Counted from the first letter of the stretch, positions 37,582 to 48,354 are shown. The stretch: DNA of 64,000 bases from Candidatus Enterousia sp. (GCA_045133095.1 JBGUTP010000007.1:75167-139166), one strand, 5' to 3'. Notes: generated by a model from the letters alone, not told the origin. Numbers and translations are program-made.

Positions 37582-37818
37582 ATGGGGAAAATTATGTCAG
37601 AACCATTACCTTTCATTATCGATATAAATCAAGAAATACCAAACACAACATACGCTGAACGCGAAGCAATGTACCGCGAACAAAAAATGGCTTATGCCAT
37701 GCGCAAGGAAGACAAACGCCTGAACGCGCCAGGCTTTATTGATTATGTACTTAACGGTTTTGATGCCTGCCGTAACACATTACAACGCCTGCGGTCACAC
37801 AGACATAACGGCAAATAA
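37582..37818 (+). CDS. small hypothetical protein (about 75 aa) downstream of virB11-like
   Basis: Open frame with ATGs at 37582 and 37594, followed by the terminator aaacgggtttccccgttttttt. Confidence 0.35.
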   Translation: MGKIMSEPLPFIIDINQEIPNTTYAEREAMYREQKMAYAMRKEDKRLNAPGFIDYVLNGFDACRNTLQRLRSHRHNGK

Positions 37819-37843
37819 AAAAAAACGGGTTTCCCCGTTTTTT

Positions 37844-38731
37844 TTAGTTACAATAATAAGTATCGGCTGTAAACTCACCTGCACCAGATGCGTCTTCAAA
37901 CTCTACCCCATTACCTATATAACACCCCATTATATTGTTGGTTCCTTTTGCAGATGTCGGTTTAGCAGAACCCTTCAAGTTGCTTGCCAAAACATTTGTC
38001 GGACATGGTTCACATGTTCCGTTATTGGTCAACCCATAAAAACCGACATTACATATTGGCGTACCTGAACTGCAATCAGCATTTTGCGGACACGTCACAC
38101 AATCATCCCCACTTTTATATGTGCCACCAAGACATGAAAAATCATTAGCATTACATTGCATATTCGCTGTCTTTTTTACACACTTGCTCTGTGCGGTCAC
38201 CCTACAAAATCCATCATCACATTTAAAAGTCGAATTGTTGCCACCTGCACACGTCGCATTTTGCGGACACGTCACACAGTCATCACCACTTTCATCTCGC
38301 GCGGTTCCATAATACCCCTGCGAGCATACATAAGAGACATCTGGGGTTTCTCTACTAAAACTGCACTGCACACCCCATTGAGCGTCTGTAAAAACATCGA
38401 TATAATATTGCGTAATTTTTGTCGCCGCCCCCATATCTTCAAGCCATATGCCGCATCTTTCGCTTGATTCTCCTGGCACCTGATGACAATAAGAATGCGC
38501 TTCAATTTCCTCACACGCACTACTACCTGTCTTAAAAAGACAACTGGCTGCCCATATATTTGCCCCAAGTAAACCTCCACATGCATATGGACGAAAATAT
38601 TCATCACAAACCTGGTCCAAAATTTCAGCACCGTCAACAGAACTGCAGTCACCACCCTCATCCGCCCACATCGGATTTACAACCAACATCAAACCAAGCA
38701 ACGAAAACATAATTTTTTTCATACTGCCCAC
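37844..38731 (-). CDS. secreted cysteine-rich repeat protein (28 Cys; internal repeat GDDCVTCPQNA[TD]C x2)
   Basis: Signal peptide MKKIMFSLLGLMLVVNPMWA. Duplicated Cys-rich module. Paralogous pattern to 3621-4163. Confidence 0.6.
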   Translation of the reverse strand: MGSMKKIMFSLLGLMLVVNPMWADEGGDCSSVDGAEILDQVCDEYFRPYACGGLLGANIWAASCLFKTGSSACEEIEAHSYCHQVPGESSERCGIWLEDMGAATKITQYYIDVFTDAQWGVQCSFSRETPDVSYVCSQGYYGTARDESGDDCVTCPQNATCAGGNNSTFKCDDGFCRVTAQSKCVKKTANMQCNANDFSCLGGTYKSGDDCVTCPQNADCSSGTPICNVGFYGLTNNGTCEPCPTNVLASNLKGSAKPTSAKGTNNIMGCYIGNGVEFEDASGAGEFTADTYYCN

Positions 38732-38813
38732 CTATTCTGTATCTAACAAAACCACTATATATTTTTCCGCCTGGAACGTCAAATAATAAAAACCCGCCAA
38801 TGGCGGGCTTAAA

Positions 38814-40226
38814 TTACTTTACAATCAAACGATTATAAACTTTCTCATTAATTTCAATCGGATATTCACGTTTCAAGAAAGAATTATAATCTTCTTTCAC
38901 ACCGTTATCTGACATATTTTGCATTTCGTTCTGCAAATCTGCCATTTTTTGTTTATCAACCTGTGGCGCAACCGCATTGTTCACACTCAGCACATAAAAC
39001 GCATCCGCACCTTCAACCAATGTTTTACTGCCTACGCCGTCACGGAATGCCGCAACCAGCACATCATTAGGCGCCCCCGACATACGTGTCACGGTCACAG
39101 ACTTTTTATTTTCCAACTTGCCGTCTTTCTTTAAATCAACCAGATATTCATTTGCCTTTACATAGGCCTGCTTTTTTTGTTCGGCACGTGTCCAATCCGA
39201 AACCAGCGCCCCCTTTACACTTTCAAAATCCGCCTTATGTTCTGGGTTAATTTTATCCACGCGCACGAACAAGAAACCATCATCAGTTTCTATCATTTCG
39301 CTTTCCAGCCCTTCATCCATATCAAAGATTTTTGCAACCATATTGTCTGTCATTAATTTATCCACCGGTCGCCCTGCCCGCGCAAACGCATCATAGGTCA
39401 CATACTTTGCGCCATGTTTTTTTGCTGCATCTTCCATTGTTTCACCGGCGATAATATCATCTTCGACCTTAACGGCGCTTGCATAACCCTTGTCATAACT
39501 GTCTGGGCTGGTCGTATCTGCGGCGACCAAAACATAAGATACACTTCTTGTTTCTGGAACAATTTGTGAATTCTGCTCATAGAACGCCTTTAACTGTTCA
39601 TCTGTTGGCGCCGCAACCTTGAATTCAGAATAAGGAACAACCGCATATTCAATTTCACGCTTGCCATATCTGGCATCGTATGCCGACTGGACCACAAAAT
39701 TTGGAACAGGCACCGCCACGGACATTGCCCCCAGAACCATTGAACGCAACACCTGACCACGCAATACATCTGCGAATTGCGCTTCGGAATATCCTGAATT
39801 ATTCAACACCGTATCAAACGCCAGGGTTGAAAACTGACCATTAACCTGAAATTCTGGAAAATCACGAATTTCCTGTGCGATTCGTTTATCACTGACAACA
39901 AAGCCCAAATCTTGCGCCCGATTTTCAGTCATCTGATTTGTGACTAATTCTGCCAGCACCTTTTGTGTAAATTCATTCTGCGACGTGGCATCCGCATAAA
40001 CCTTTCTTTGTTCATCACGTGACAACTGTGCCATTTCACGCGATTTTTCGGCATTAAACTGCTGTGCGGAAATTTCAGTTCCACCAACATGCGCAACGGC
40101 ATTATCGCCCGCGGCGCCACCAAAAATCCATTCTGCGACCCCCCATCCCACGAACGAGAAAGCCAAAATTCCGATTAAAATCTTAGCGATTGGTTTTTCC
40201 GATGCATTTCTTAAATATTCTAGCAT
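38814..40226 (-). CDS. ppiD: periplasmic chaperone PpiD/SurA-like (membrane-anchored parvulin-type PPIase-domain protein)
   Basis: N-terminal TM anchor after the start at 40226 (AAAGGGGA RBS). PpiD-like domain order. Confidence 0.6.
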   Translation of the reverse strand: MLEYLRNASEKPIAKILIGILAFSFVGWGVAEWIFGGAAGDNAVAHVGGTEISAQQFNAEKSREMAQLSRDEQRKVYADATSQNEFTQKVLAELVTNQMTENRAQDLGFVVSDKRIAQEIRDFPEFQVNGQFSTLAFDTVLNNSGYSEAQFADVLRGQVLRSMVLGAMSVAVPVPNFVVQSAYDARYGKREIEYAVVPYSEFKVAAPTDEQLKAFYEQNSQIVPETRSVSYVLVAADTTSPDSYDKGYASAVKVEDDIIAGETMEDAAKKHGAKYVTYDAFARAGRPVDKLMTDNMVAKIFDMDEGLESEMIETDDGFLFVRVDKINPEHKADFESVKGALVSDWTRAEQKKQAYVKANEYLVDLKKDGKLENKKSVTVTRMSGAPNDVLVAAFRDGVGSKTLVEGADAFYVLSVNNAVAPQVDKQKMADLQNEMQNMSDNGVKEDYNSFLKREYPIEINEKVYNRLIVK

Positions 40227-40295
40227 TTGTTCCCCTTTTGCGCTACCATAGCAAAACGAAATAACAAAAAGCAATGAAAAAAAGGAGATTTTTAC

Positions 40296-41000
40296 ATGAA
40301 AATTATTGCTGGGAATTGGAAAATGAATGGTACACGCGCCAACCTGGTTCAAATGGTATCAGACTTGTCGTCCATCGAAACCGACAACACGGTCATTTTA
40401 TGTGTTCCTGCAACCATGCTGGGCATTGATACGGGTCGCATTTCCCTGGGCGCCCAAGACATCAGTCAACACACCCACGGCGCATTTACTGGTGAAATTT
40501 CCGCACAGATGATTGCGGACACTGGTGCCAAATATGTAATTATCGGACACAGCGAATGCCGTCAATATCATGGCGACACAAATTCTACTGTTCGCAACAA
40601 GGCAACCCAAGCATTGGCGAATGGCTTGATTCCTATTATTTGTGTTGGCGAAACAATGGACGAAAAACAGGCAGGCAAAACAATGGCAGTTATTGAATCT
40701 GGTGTTCGCGAATCCATACCATCTGATGTCAGCACAGACATCATTGTCGCCTATGAACCACGTTGGGCAATTGGTGCGGGTCTGACCCCAACATCTGCCG
40801 AAATTGCCGAAGCCCACACACTGATTGCAAAAACCTTATCAGATATGGGTCTGGGCGGCACACCTGTATTATATGGCGCATCTGTCAAAGGCTCTAACGC
40901 GGCTGAAATTATGTCTATTGCAAATGTTGACGGCGTATTAGTTGGTGGTGCATCCTTGAAAAGCGACGATTTCATACCTATAATAACCAGTGTAAAATAA
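40296..41000 (+). CDS. tpiA: triosephosphate isomerase
   Basis: MKIIAGNWKMNGT..., the catalytic region and GGASLK. Confidence 0.9.
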   Translation: MKIIAGNWKMNGTRANLVQMVSDLSSIETDNTVILCVPATMLGIDTGRISLGAQDISQHTHGAFTGEISAQMIADTGAKYVIIGHSECRQYHGDTNSTVRNKATQALANGLIPIICVGETMDEKQAGKTMAVIESGVRESIPSDVSTDIIVAYEPRWAIGAGLTPTSAEIAEAHTLIAKTLSDMGLGGTPVLYGASVKGSNAAEIMSIANVDGVLVGGASLKSDDFIPIITSVK

Positions 41001-41017
41001 TTATATAGTATCGAAAA

Positions 41018-41539
41018 ATGGAACCAAGTATGAACGAAGACAAAGAAGTAAAAATAGAATCAGTATCAATTGATGAAGCACCCGCCACAGCACCTGTTGC
41101 GGAAAATCAAGATTCAGAAATTGAAACACTGACCAAACAATTGACCGAATTAAACGATAAATATTTACGCCTGGCGGCGGAATTGGAAAACACACGCCGA
41201 CGCAATGCCCTGGACGCTGAATCCAGGGCGCGCAATCGCGCAATGGGTGTGGCGGAAAAAATCCTGCCTGTGATGGACGCGGTGGACGCGGCATTAAAAC
41301 ACGCCCCCAACGACGAAGGGATAAAATCCATGGCACTGGCACTGGAATCTGCGTTTGACCAAATTGGCATTACTAAAATAAAGTCCGTTGGCGAACCATT
41401 AAACCCAATGTATCACAACGCGATACAGGTCATTGAATGCCCAAACATGGCACCAAACACCATTGCCCAAGAAATGCAACCGGGCTATCTGTTTGGCGAC
41501 ACAGTCCTGCGTACCGCAATGGTTATCGTTGCAAAATAA
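41018..41539 (+). CDS. grpE: nucleotide exchange factor GrpE
   Basis: LTKQLTELNDKYLRLAAELENTRRR... GrpE coiled coil plus beta domain. Confidence 0.85.
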   Translation: MEPSMNEDKEVKIESVSIDEAPATAPVAENQDSEIETLTKQLTELNDKYLRLAAELENTRRRNALDAESRARNRAMGVAEKILPVMDAVDAALKHAPNDEGIKSMALALESAFDQIGITKIKSVGEPLNPMYHNAIQVIECPNMAPNTIAQEMQPGYLFGDTVLRTAMVIVAK

Positions 41540-41558
41540 AAAAATATGCAAAACAGTC

Positions 41559-41581
41559 AACGCCCACACGGGCGTTTTTTT
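41559..41581 (+). terminator. terminator aacgcccacacgggcgttttttt
   Basis: Hairpin plus T7 after grpE. Confidence 0.7.
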
Positions 41582-41631
41582 ACGAAATCAATCAGATGCG
41601 CTAAATAAAATAGAATGATTTAGATAAAATC

Positions 41632-41690
41632 AAATCGGGCATCGTAGTGTACTTAACGCTACACGAGATGCCCGATTTGCTTTTAGATGA
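41632..41690 (-). terminator. long hairpin terminator downstream of the Pmp-like autotransporter gene
   Basis: Stem aaatcgggcatc...gatgcccgattt (11 bp) with a nested stem. A T-rich tract follows on the minus strand. Confidence 0.5.
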
Positions 41691-41694
41691 ATTA

Positions 41695-44600
41695 TTAGAA
41701 TTGGGTACGGAATTTAATCATACCTGTCTGTGACGTATAATCCTTGTGCAAATCCAAGTCATACATCACTGAAATTTCCATACCGTGATACAGCGCGGTC
41801 AAACCAATTCCAAATTCGCCACCAAAGCGTGACAGTCTGTCGCTTGCCACTTTATAGGATGCAACACCTGGCAAAACAACAGTTGTCTGTGTGTCATCAC
41901 TGATAAAGTCATACGTCATTGCTGCGCGCATTTCTGGACGCAATTGAATCGCCCAATCATTTTCAATTGCAAACGCATATTTCAGACCCGCAACCCCGGA
42001 CAAGAAATCGGTTTCAGATGCTTTAACATCTGTACCAAATTCGCCGACATAACTATCCTGTGCGATATGTAAATAGCGAACGCCTGCCTCTGTTGTGATA
42101 CCTGTGGCGAAATCATATCCTGTTACCAACTGTGCACCATATGAATCAACATCGTATGTATTATTCATATGTACACCACCTGCCAATGCAACATCTTCAC
42201 TGTATTCCGACATAGTATATGTCGCCGTCGCATTCATGAACCATTTGTTTGGTTTATATTGACCGTACAGGAACAGTGTTTTTGAATCAATATCTGTATG
42301 TCGCGCATCCGCATGCACATCAGAATTATTGAACGCCAAACCGCCACCGATTGTCCACTTGTTGTCAATCAATGTATCTGCCCCCAGTGCGACCCCACGT
42401 GTATAACCATGGAACTGGTCTGCAAATTTTGACTTATTAAACAATCCCTGCATCCAGAAACCATTTTCCTGGGTTACTTCATCACCACCGGCACGTCCCA
42501 AGATGACACCGCCACCCATACGACCCGCGGTCAAAGACAAAACCTGATTTTGAACCGATGAAGACACCGCGTGTGCAACAGGCTTATCATCAGGATTCAA
42601 CTTTTTAGTTTCTTGTTCAACGAATTCGGCATCCCCACCATTCAACGCATCTTGCAGTGCCAACGACACCTGGTGCGCTTTACCACTGGTGGCATTTGCC
42701 AATCCTGCGACTGCACCTGCGGCCTGTGTTGAAATGCCTGCATCTGCTGCAATATCTTCAACGGCCTTAGTTGCGATGACAACTGTACCATCCTCTTCCT
42801 GTGAAACATCATATGTTGCACCGGCAGTGACAGTAATATCGGCCTGACTGCCAAAGATTTTATAAGAACCCACCGAACCAACGTTCAACTTTAATTCTGC
42901 GCTGTCCTTCGCTTCAATCAGTCCCAACAAACGTCCATATGAACGATCGCTTAACACAGATGCCTGCACAATACCGTCGATATTGATTTGCGTTTGCTGC
43001 ACTGTTGCTGTACCGATATTCAATATCGCATCACTTGCAACATTCAAAGTACCTTCGCCTGCAACCGCAGCATCAATCGTCGTCGTACCAGAAACAATAT
43101 TTACAATACCATCATTGTAAATATCCGCCCCTTCGACCGCAGTATTATTACTGAACAGCACGTCGTCATCAAAGTTTATTGTAGCATCCACACCATTATA
43201 GATTGCACCACCCAAGGCATAACCCTCTTCAGACGTTGCAACAACCGAATTATTTACGAATACCCCAGACATCGATTCGATTGTCCCCATATTTACCAAC
43301 GCACCACCAAGTGCCCAATCGATCCCCTGAACAGAATTACCTGTAAAGTTTGCAACCAGTTCATTGATTACGGCACCTTGGCTGTTGTACAATGCACCGG
43401 CCCAACCATTTGTCTTGGCCGATACTGAATTATTCACAAACCCCGAACCCGCCTGATGCAATGTACCAATGTTTCCATCATTTACAATCGCACCACCAAT
43501 GGCTTCATTATCACTGCTGACTGCAGAATTACCTGTAAAATCAGCAACAACAGAATCAACATATGAACCAGCATAGGTATGAATTGCCCCCCCCTTAGCC
43601 GAGGAACCTGTCGCCTGCGCAACATTCTTGTCAAACATACCTGTCAGTTCACCGATTTTACCAATATTGGTAATCGCACCACCAGCTGCAAATCCTTCGT
43701 TTACAATTTTGTTCCCAGAAAAATCTGCATCCAACGTTTCAATATTCCCAGATTTTGCATTGTATAACGCACCACCATAATAACCATTGGCGACATTGTC
43801 TTTAAATACAGAATCTGTGATATTCATTGAACTTCTGTTTTGAATTGCACCACCTTCTTCCGCGGCCATATTTTCTGTGAATTTCGCACCTTCGATTTTC
43901 ATGCTAGCCAATCCACCCCCAAGGTCCGCTTTACCTTCGGTATAAATCGCACCACCACGTTCGGCCGAATTCTTGGTAAACTCTGTTCCCTTGATATAAA
44001 CAGAATCTTTTACATTTTCACTATCATAGAAAGTACTAAAGATTGCACCACCTTCTGCTGCTGCAGTATTACCTGTAAAACTACCGCCGATTATATCCAG
44101 TTTTGCATCCTTGTTATTACCTTCGTCTACGCCGCGCATTGCGATTGCACCACCCATTGCCGCCGAAGTATTGTTAACAAAGTCAACATTATTCAACTGC
44201 ACCTGCGACAACGCCCCCAAGAACAATGCACCCGCACCATCATCAGTGGCATCTGTGGCCTTATTCCCACTGAATTTAACATTGGTCAATGTACCCCTGT
44301 TAAAGATACCAACAGCACCTGCCCCCAATGCGACATTGTTTGTAAATTCAGAATCCGAAATATCAACATTCTTGATCCCTGTTGATGTATAAATCGCACC
44401 ACCGAAATCTGCGGTATTTGCATCAAATTCTGCATCACAAATAGTTGTGTCTGACCCTTTGGCCAAGAACATCGCCCCACCAACATACGCATTATTCTCA
44501 CTAAACTCTGAATCTTCCAGTACTAACTTACTGCCATTATAAACGGCACCACCATAATTCGTTACGATATTACCAACAAATTCCGAATCAATAACCTTCA

Positions 44601-45378
44601 TTGCGGCAACATTGTCACCGCGATCTGCTAATCCTTCATTATAAATCGCGCCACCATTAACAGCTGTATTTGCAACAAATTCATTATCTTCAATATATAC
44701 AGAATCTTTGACATTTTCACTATCATAGAATGTTGAATAAATCGCCCCACCATTTTGTGCAGCAATATTCCCTCTGAATTCAGAATCAATAATATCTAAA
44801 TCAGCGGCCGAATTATCGCCATCATCTGGCCCACGCATTGCAATGGCACCACCATGATACTTTGACTCATTCTGACTAAATATACTATTCTGAATCATCG
44901 TCTTTGATTCAGAACCCAATGCCAACGCACCACCACCCATTGGGGTTGTATCATTTTCAAAATCAGTCTGTGCCGTATTTTTACGGAATGTCACACCATT
45001 TGCATTCAAAGTATTATAATTTGCAACCGCCCCACCATCAAAACGAACGGTATTATTTTCAAATATAACCCCAGAATTCAAAGTCAAAGAAGATGGTGCC
45101 TTAGATGATGTAGAAAAAATACCCGAATCTGCCTTGTTATTTGCAAATACTGCCTCAGACAAAATGGTCACATCTCCATCTTTTATAAACCAAACAGACT
45201 GGTTACCTGAAGCTGTAGAAGCATCCAACCATGAATGACCGCCTGATATAGTTTCTATTTTGGCTATTTCTGTTTCCGACACCACGGTATATTCTTCCGC
45301 CATTGCGGGCATAATCGCCAAGGCTGGCAAAATACTGCAGACTTTTAACAAATCCGCCAAATGTTTAGTATTGGACAT
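41695..45378 (-). CDS. autotransporter with polymorphic-membrane-protein (Pmp)-like GGA[ILV]/FxxN repeat passenger
   Basis: AAGGAG RBS before the ATG at 45378, then a signal peptide. There are well over a dozen GGAI/GGAL plus FxxN repeats. A C-terminal beta-barrel ends ...KFRTQF. Confidence 0.75.
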   Translation of the reverse strand: MSNTKHLADLLKVCSILPALAIMPAMAEEYTVVSETEIAKIETISGGHSWLDASTASGNQSVWFIKDGDVTILSEAVFANNKADSGIFSTSSKAPSSLTLNSGVIFENNTVRFDGGAVANYNTLNANGVTFRKNTAQTDFENDTTPMGGGALALGSESKTMIQNSIFSQNESKYHGGAIAMRGPDDGDNSAADLDIIDSEFRGNIAAQNGGAIYSTFYDSENVKDSVYIEDNEFVANTAVNGGAIYNEGLADRGDNVAAMKVIDSEFVGNIVTNYGGAVYNGSKLVLEDSEFSENNAYVGGAMFLAKGSDTTICDAEFDANTADFGGAIYTSTGIKNVDISDSEFTNNVALGAGAVGIFNRGTLTNVKFSGNKATDATDDGAGALFLGALSQVQLNNVDFVNNTSAAMGGAIAMRGVDEGNNKDAKLDIIGGSFTGNTAAAEGGAIFSTFYDSENVKDSVYIKGTEFTKNSAERGGAIYTEGKADLGGGLASMKIEGAKFTENMAAEEGGAIQNRSSMNITDSVFKDNVANGYYGGALYNAKSGNIETLDADFSGNKIVNEGFAAGGAITNIGKIGELTGMFDKNVAQATGSSAKGGAIHTYAGSYVDSVVADFTGNSAVSSDNEAIGGAIVNDGNIGTLHQAGSGFVNNSVSAKTNGWAGALYNSQGAVINELVANFTGNSVQGIDWALGGALVNMGTIESMSGVFVNNSVVATSEEGYALGGAIYNGVDATINFDDDVLFSNNTAVEGADIYNDGIVNIVSGTTTIDAAVAGEGTLNVASDAILNIGTATVQQTQINIDGIVQASVLSDRSYGRLLGLIEAKDSAELKLNVGSVGSYKIFGSQADITVTAGATYDVSQEEDGTVVIATKAVEDIAADAGISTQAAGAVAGLANATSGKAHQVSLALQDALNGGDAEFVEQETKKLNPDDKPVAHAVSSSVQNQVLSLTAGRMGGGVILGRAGGDEVTQENGFWMQGLFNKSKFADQFHGYTRGVALGADTLIDNKWTIGGGLAFNNSDVHADARHTDIDSKTLFLYGQYKPNKWFMNATATYTMSEYSEDVALAGGVHMNNTYDVDSYGAQLVTGYDFATGITTEAGVRYLHIAQDSYVGEFGTDVKASETDFLSGVAGLKYAFAIENDWAIQLRPEMRAAMTYDFISDDTQTTVVLPGVASYKVASDRLSRFGGEFGIGLTALYHGMEISVMYDLDLHKDYTSQTGMIKFRTQF

Positions 45379-45472
45379 GATATCTCCTTCACTTAATATT
45401 CGTTCCTTGTGAACATATATATTCATAGCACAAAATTCACAATAATCAACCGAAAAGGTGGCAAAAAAACAA

Positions 45473-45501
45473 CAAAAAAAACCCACTTTCCGTGGGTTTT
45501 T
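45473..45501. terminator. bidirectional terminator aaaaaaaacccactttccgtgggttttt
   Basis: Hairpin between the clpX stop and the autotransporter start region. Confidence 0.65.
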
Positions 45502-45517
45502 GAAAATCGCACAAAAT

Positions 45518-46774
45518 TTATGCTGCTTTTTTTGATTCCTTGAATATTTCCACAGGCTGTTTTTTTCCCTCGACAACATCTGCATCGATAACAATCTCGG
45601 TCAAGTCTTCCTTATCTGGCGCATCAAACATTGGCTGCATCAATATTTTTTCCAAAATACTGCGCAATCCGCGCGCGCCTGTTTTTCTGGCGACCGCCAT
45701 TTTTGCAATTGCACGCAACCCATCCTCTGTAATATTCAACTTAACGCCATCCATTTCCAACATAGCCATAAATTGCTTTACGACGGCATTTTTAGGTTCT
45801 GTCAAAATCTTAACCAGCGCATCTTCATCCAACGCCTCAAGCGTTGTAATCACGGGCAAACGTCCAATCAGTTCTGGGATAATTCCGAACTTTACCAAAT
45901 CTTCTGGTTCTACGTCCTTCAAGAAGTTCTTTGCATTTCTTTCTTCTTTTGATTCGACGTGCGCACCAAATCCAATACCGCGACGTTCCGACATACGATT
46001 ACCAATAATCTTATTCAGACCATCAAACGCCCCACCACAGATAAACAGAATCTTACTGGTATCCAATTGCACTGTGGCTTCACCTGGATGTTTACGCCCT
46101 GCGCCACCTGCGGACACATTTGCGACAGTACCTTCAATCAACTTTAACAACGCCTGCTGAACACCCTCGCCCGACACATCACGTGTCAAAGACGGGTTTT
46201 CAGACTTACGTGCTATCTTATCAATTTCATCGATATAGATAATTCCACGTCCCGCACGTTCTACATCATTTGCATTCTGCAACAAACGTGTCAGGACACT
46301 TTCCACGTCGTCACCAACATATCCGGCTTCGGTCAACGTAGTCGCATCTGCGATTGCGAACGGCACATCCAAAATTCGCGCCAGCGTCTGCGCAAACAAA
46401 GTCTTACCGGTTCCTGTGGGACCAATCAACAACACATTAGACTTCTGAATTTCAACATCAGACTTTGCCGCCACACTATGACGTTTATAGTGATTATACA
46501 CCGCCACCGCCAACGTACGCTTTGCGACATCCTGACCGATGATATACTCGTTCAAAAAGTTATATATTTGCGATGGGGTTGGCAACTTTGCTGCTTCTTT
46601 GCCAACTTCGCGCCGATTATCATCTGCCATAATATCATTACACAGATTGATACATTCGTCACAAATACAGACATTACGTCCACTGACTAACTTTTTAACT
46701 TCATACACTGCCTTGCCACAAAAACTGCAAAACTGCTGATTATTTTCCGTCTGTGGTGTTTTATCTTCACTCAT
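45518..46774 (-). CDS. clpX: ATP-dependent Clp protease ATP-binding subunit ClpX
   Basis: N-terminal C4 zinc finger (CSFCG...CICDEC), GPTGTGKT and an IGF-like loop. Confidence 0.9.
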   Translation of the reverse strand: MSEDKTPQTENNQQFCSFCGKAVYEVKKLVSGRNVCICDECINLCNDIMADDNRREVGKEAAKLPTPSQIYNFLNEYIIGQDVAKRTLAVAVYNHYKRHSVAAKSDVEIQKSNVLLIGPTGTGKTLFAQTLARILDVPFAIADATTLTEAGYVGDDVESVLTRLLQNANDVERAGRGIIYIDEIDKIARKSENPSLTRDVSGEGVQQALLKLIEGTVANVSAGGAGRKHPGEATVQLDTSKILFICGGAFDGLNKIIGNRMSERRGIGFGAHVESKEERNAKNFLKDVEPEDLVKFGIIPELIGRLPVITTLEALDEDALVKILTEPKNAVVKQFMAMLEMDGVKLNITEDGLRAIAKMAVARKTGARGLRSILEKILMQPMFDAPDKEDLTEIVIDADVVEGKKQPVEIFKESKKAA

Positions 46775-46800
46775 ATCCTAATCCCCACAATAAAGATATT

Positions 46801-47382
46801 TTATTTACGTTCCAAAATTTCGTCAATAAGCCCGAATTTCTTTGCCTCTTCTGGACACATCCAGTTATCACGTTCCATGGCTTCAAACAGTTCTTTTTCT
46901 TTTTTACCTGTAAATTCAGCCATTTGCTTGATTAACGTTTTTTTATTTTTCTGATATTGGTTCATCTGAATTTCCATATCAGTAATTTGCCCTTGCGCAC
47001 CTGCCAACGGCTGATGAATCATCACTTGTGTATTTGGCAGGACAAAACGTTTACCCTTTTCACCTGCCGCCAACAATACCGCCCCCATAGACGCAACCAA
47101 CCCCATACCTATTGTTGAAACCGGTGCTTTGATATACTGCATAGTATCCATAATTGCCCAACCCGCGGACACATCGCCCCCCGGACTGTTAATATAGACG
47201 GAAATATCAGCATTTGGATTTTCAGATTCCAAGAACAACAACTGTGCCACAATACTGTTTGCCATTGTTGGTTCAATCTGTCCATTAATCATAATAATTC
47301 TATCGCGCAACAAACGTGAATAAATATCAAACGAGCGTTCACCACGTGGCGATTCTTCTATAACCATTGGAATAAGTGCCAT
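46801..47382 (-). CDS. clpP: ATP-dependent Clp protease proteolytic subunit ClpP
   Basis: Start at [10 protein letters not shown] (AAAGGA RBS). Ser in [11 protein letters not shown], His in IHQP and Asp in RD, all canonical. Confidence 0.9.
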   Translation of the reverse strand: MALIPMVIEESPRGERSFDIYSRLLRDRIIMINGQIEPTMANSIVAQLLFLESENPNADISVYINSPGGDVSAGWAIMDTMQYIKAPVSTIGMGLVASMGAVLLAAGEKGKRFVLPNTQVMIHQPLAGAQGQITDMEIQMNQYQKNKKTLIKQMAEFTGKKEKELFEAMERDNWMCPEEAKKFGLIDEILERK

Positions 47383-47529
47383 AATACAAATCCTTTTATT
47401 TTCCTGTGAAATTATACCATATAAAAACCCGATTCGCGAATTTATGATATATATAGGCAAAAAATTCAAAAAATCAACCCACAAAAAAATCTCCCGATTT
47501 CGGGAGATTTTTTCAAGGTATCTGACAAA

Positions 47530-48354
47530 TTATTTATCCAACGCTTCGTTGATTTGTGCGGCTGGGATTGCGCCTGGGAAGGCTTCTTCGCCGATAATCA
47601 AGAATGGCGTACCTGTGATTTCGAACTGCTGTGCCAAATCACGAACATTTGCCATTTCGCGTGCAACAACTGGACCATTCATATCTTCTTTCAACTGCTT
47701 TGTATCCAGACCCGCCTCTTCTGCGAACTTCATGATATTCTTTTCAATCGCCGCAGCCAATTTCTTAGGATCTTCGATATTTTCAGTTGGACGATATTCA
47801 CGTGTCATAATCATATCTACCAACTTAGCGGCCTTTGCATTATCCTGGATTTTTGCAGCAATCATTGCACGTGCTGGACCTTCTGAATTCACACCATGGA
47901 TAGAGAAGTTTTTAATAACCACTTTCACATCATCACGATTTGCCAACACAGAATCCAATTCACCATGTACACGACGGCAGAATCCACAAGAAGCCGCAGT
48001 CCATACATAGATTGTCTTTTTCGCTTCCGGGTTACCCAAGATTGGCGCATCAGCCATCATTTCACCTGCGTTATTGCGAACGTATTTGCGAATCGCCTTA
48101 TTTTTTTCTGCGTTCTGCTGTTCCTGCATTGCTTCGACCATTTCTTGCAAGATAGCCGGATTAACGCTTGTCAAGTAATATGGCGTGTACAAGCGGCAAA
48201 CGCTACCTGCCATAATCAACACAGCAATAACACCGAATGCTTTTTTTGTCAGAATTACGCCCATGCTCGGTTTTTTAGCATCGTGCTTTAACAGCATGCC
48301 GCCGAACATGTACAACGCGATACCCAAAATCAGTACCAAAATTGTCCAAGTCAT
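47530..48354 (-). CDS. DsbA-family thiol:disulfide oxidoreductase with N-terminal membrane anchor
   Basis: AAGGAG RBS before the ATG at 48354. Active site CGFC within a thioredoxin fold. Confidence 0.6.
   Translation of the reverse strand: MTWTILVLILGIALYMFGGMLLKHDAKKPSMGVILTKKAFGVIAVLIMAGSVCRLYTPYYLTSVNPAILQEMVEAMQEQQNAEKNKAIRKYVRNNAGEMMADAPILGNPEAKKTIYVWTAASCGFCRRVHGELDSVLANRDDVKVVIKNFSIHGVNSEGPARAMIAAKIQDNAKAAKLVDMIMTREYRPTENIEDPKKLAAAIEKNIMKFAEEAGLDTKQLKEDMNGPVVAREMANVRDLAQQFEITGTPFLIIGEEAFPGAIPAAQINEALDK

Noticed and set aside
47383-47529. Possible sigma32 promoter upstream of clpP (TTGAAT...CTATATAT)
   Set aside because: The spacing between the -35-like and -10-like elements (7 nt) does not fit a sigma32 promoter. 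A sigma70 reading is also weak. Left unannotated.
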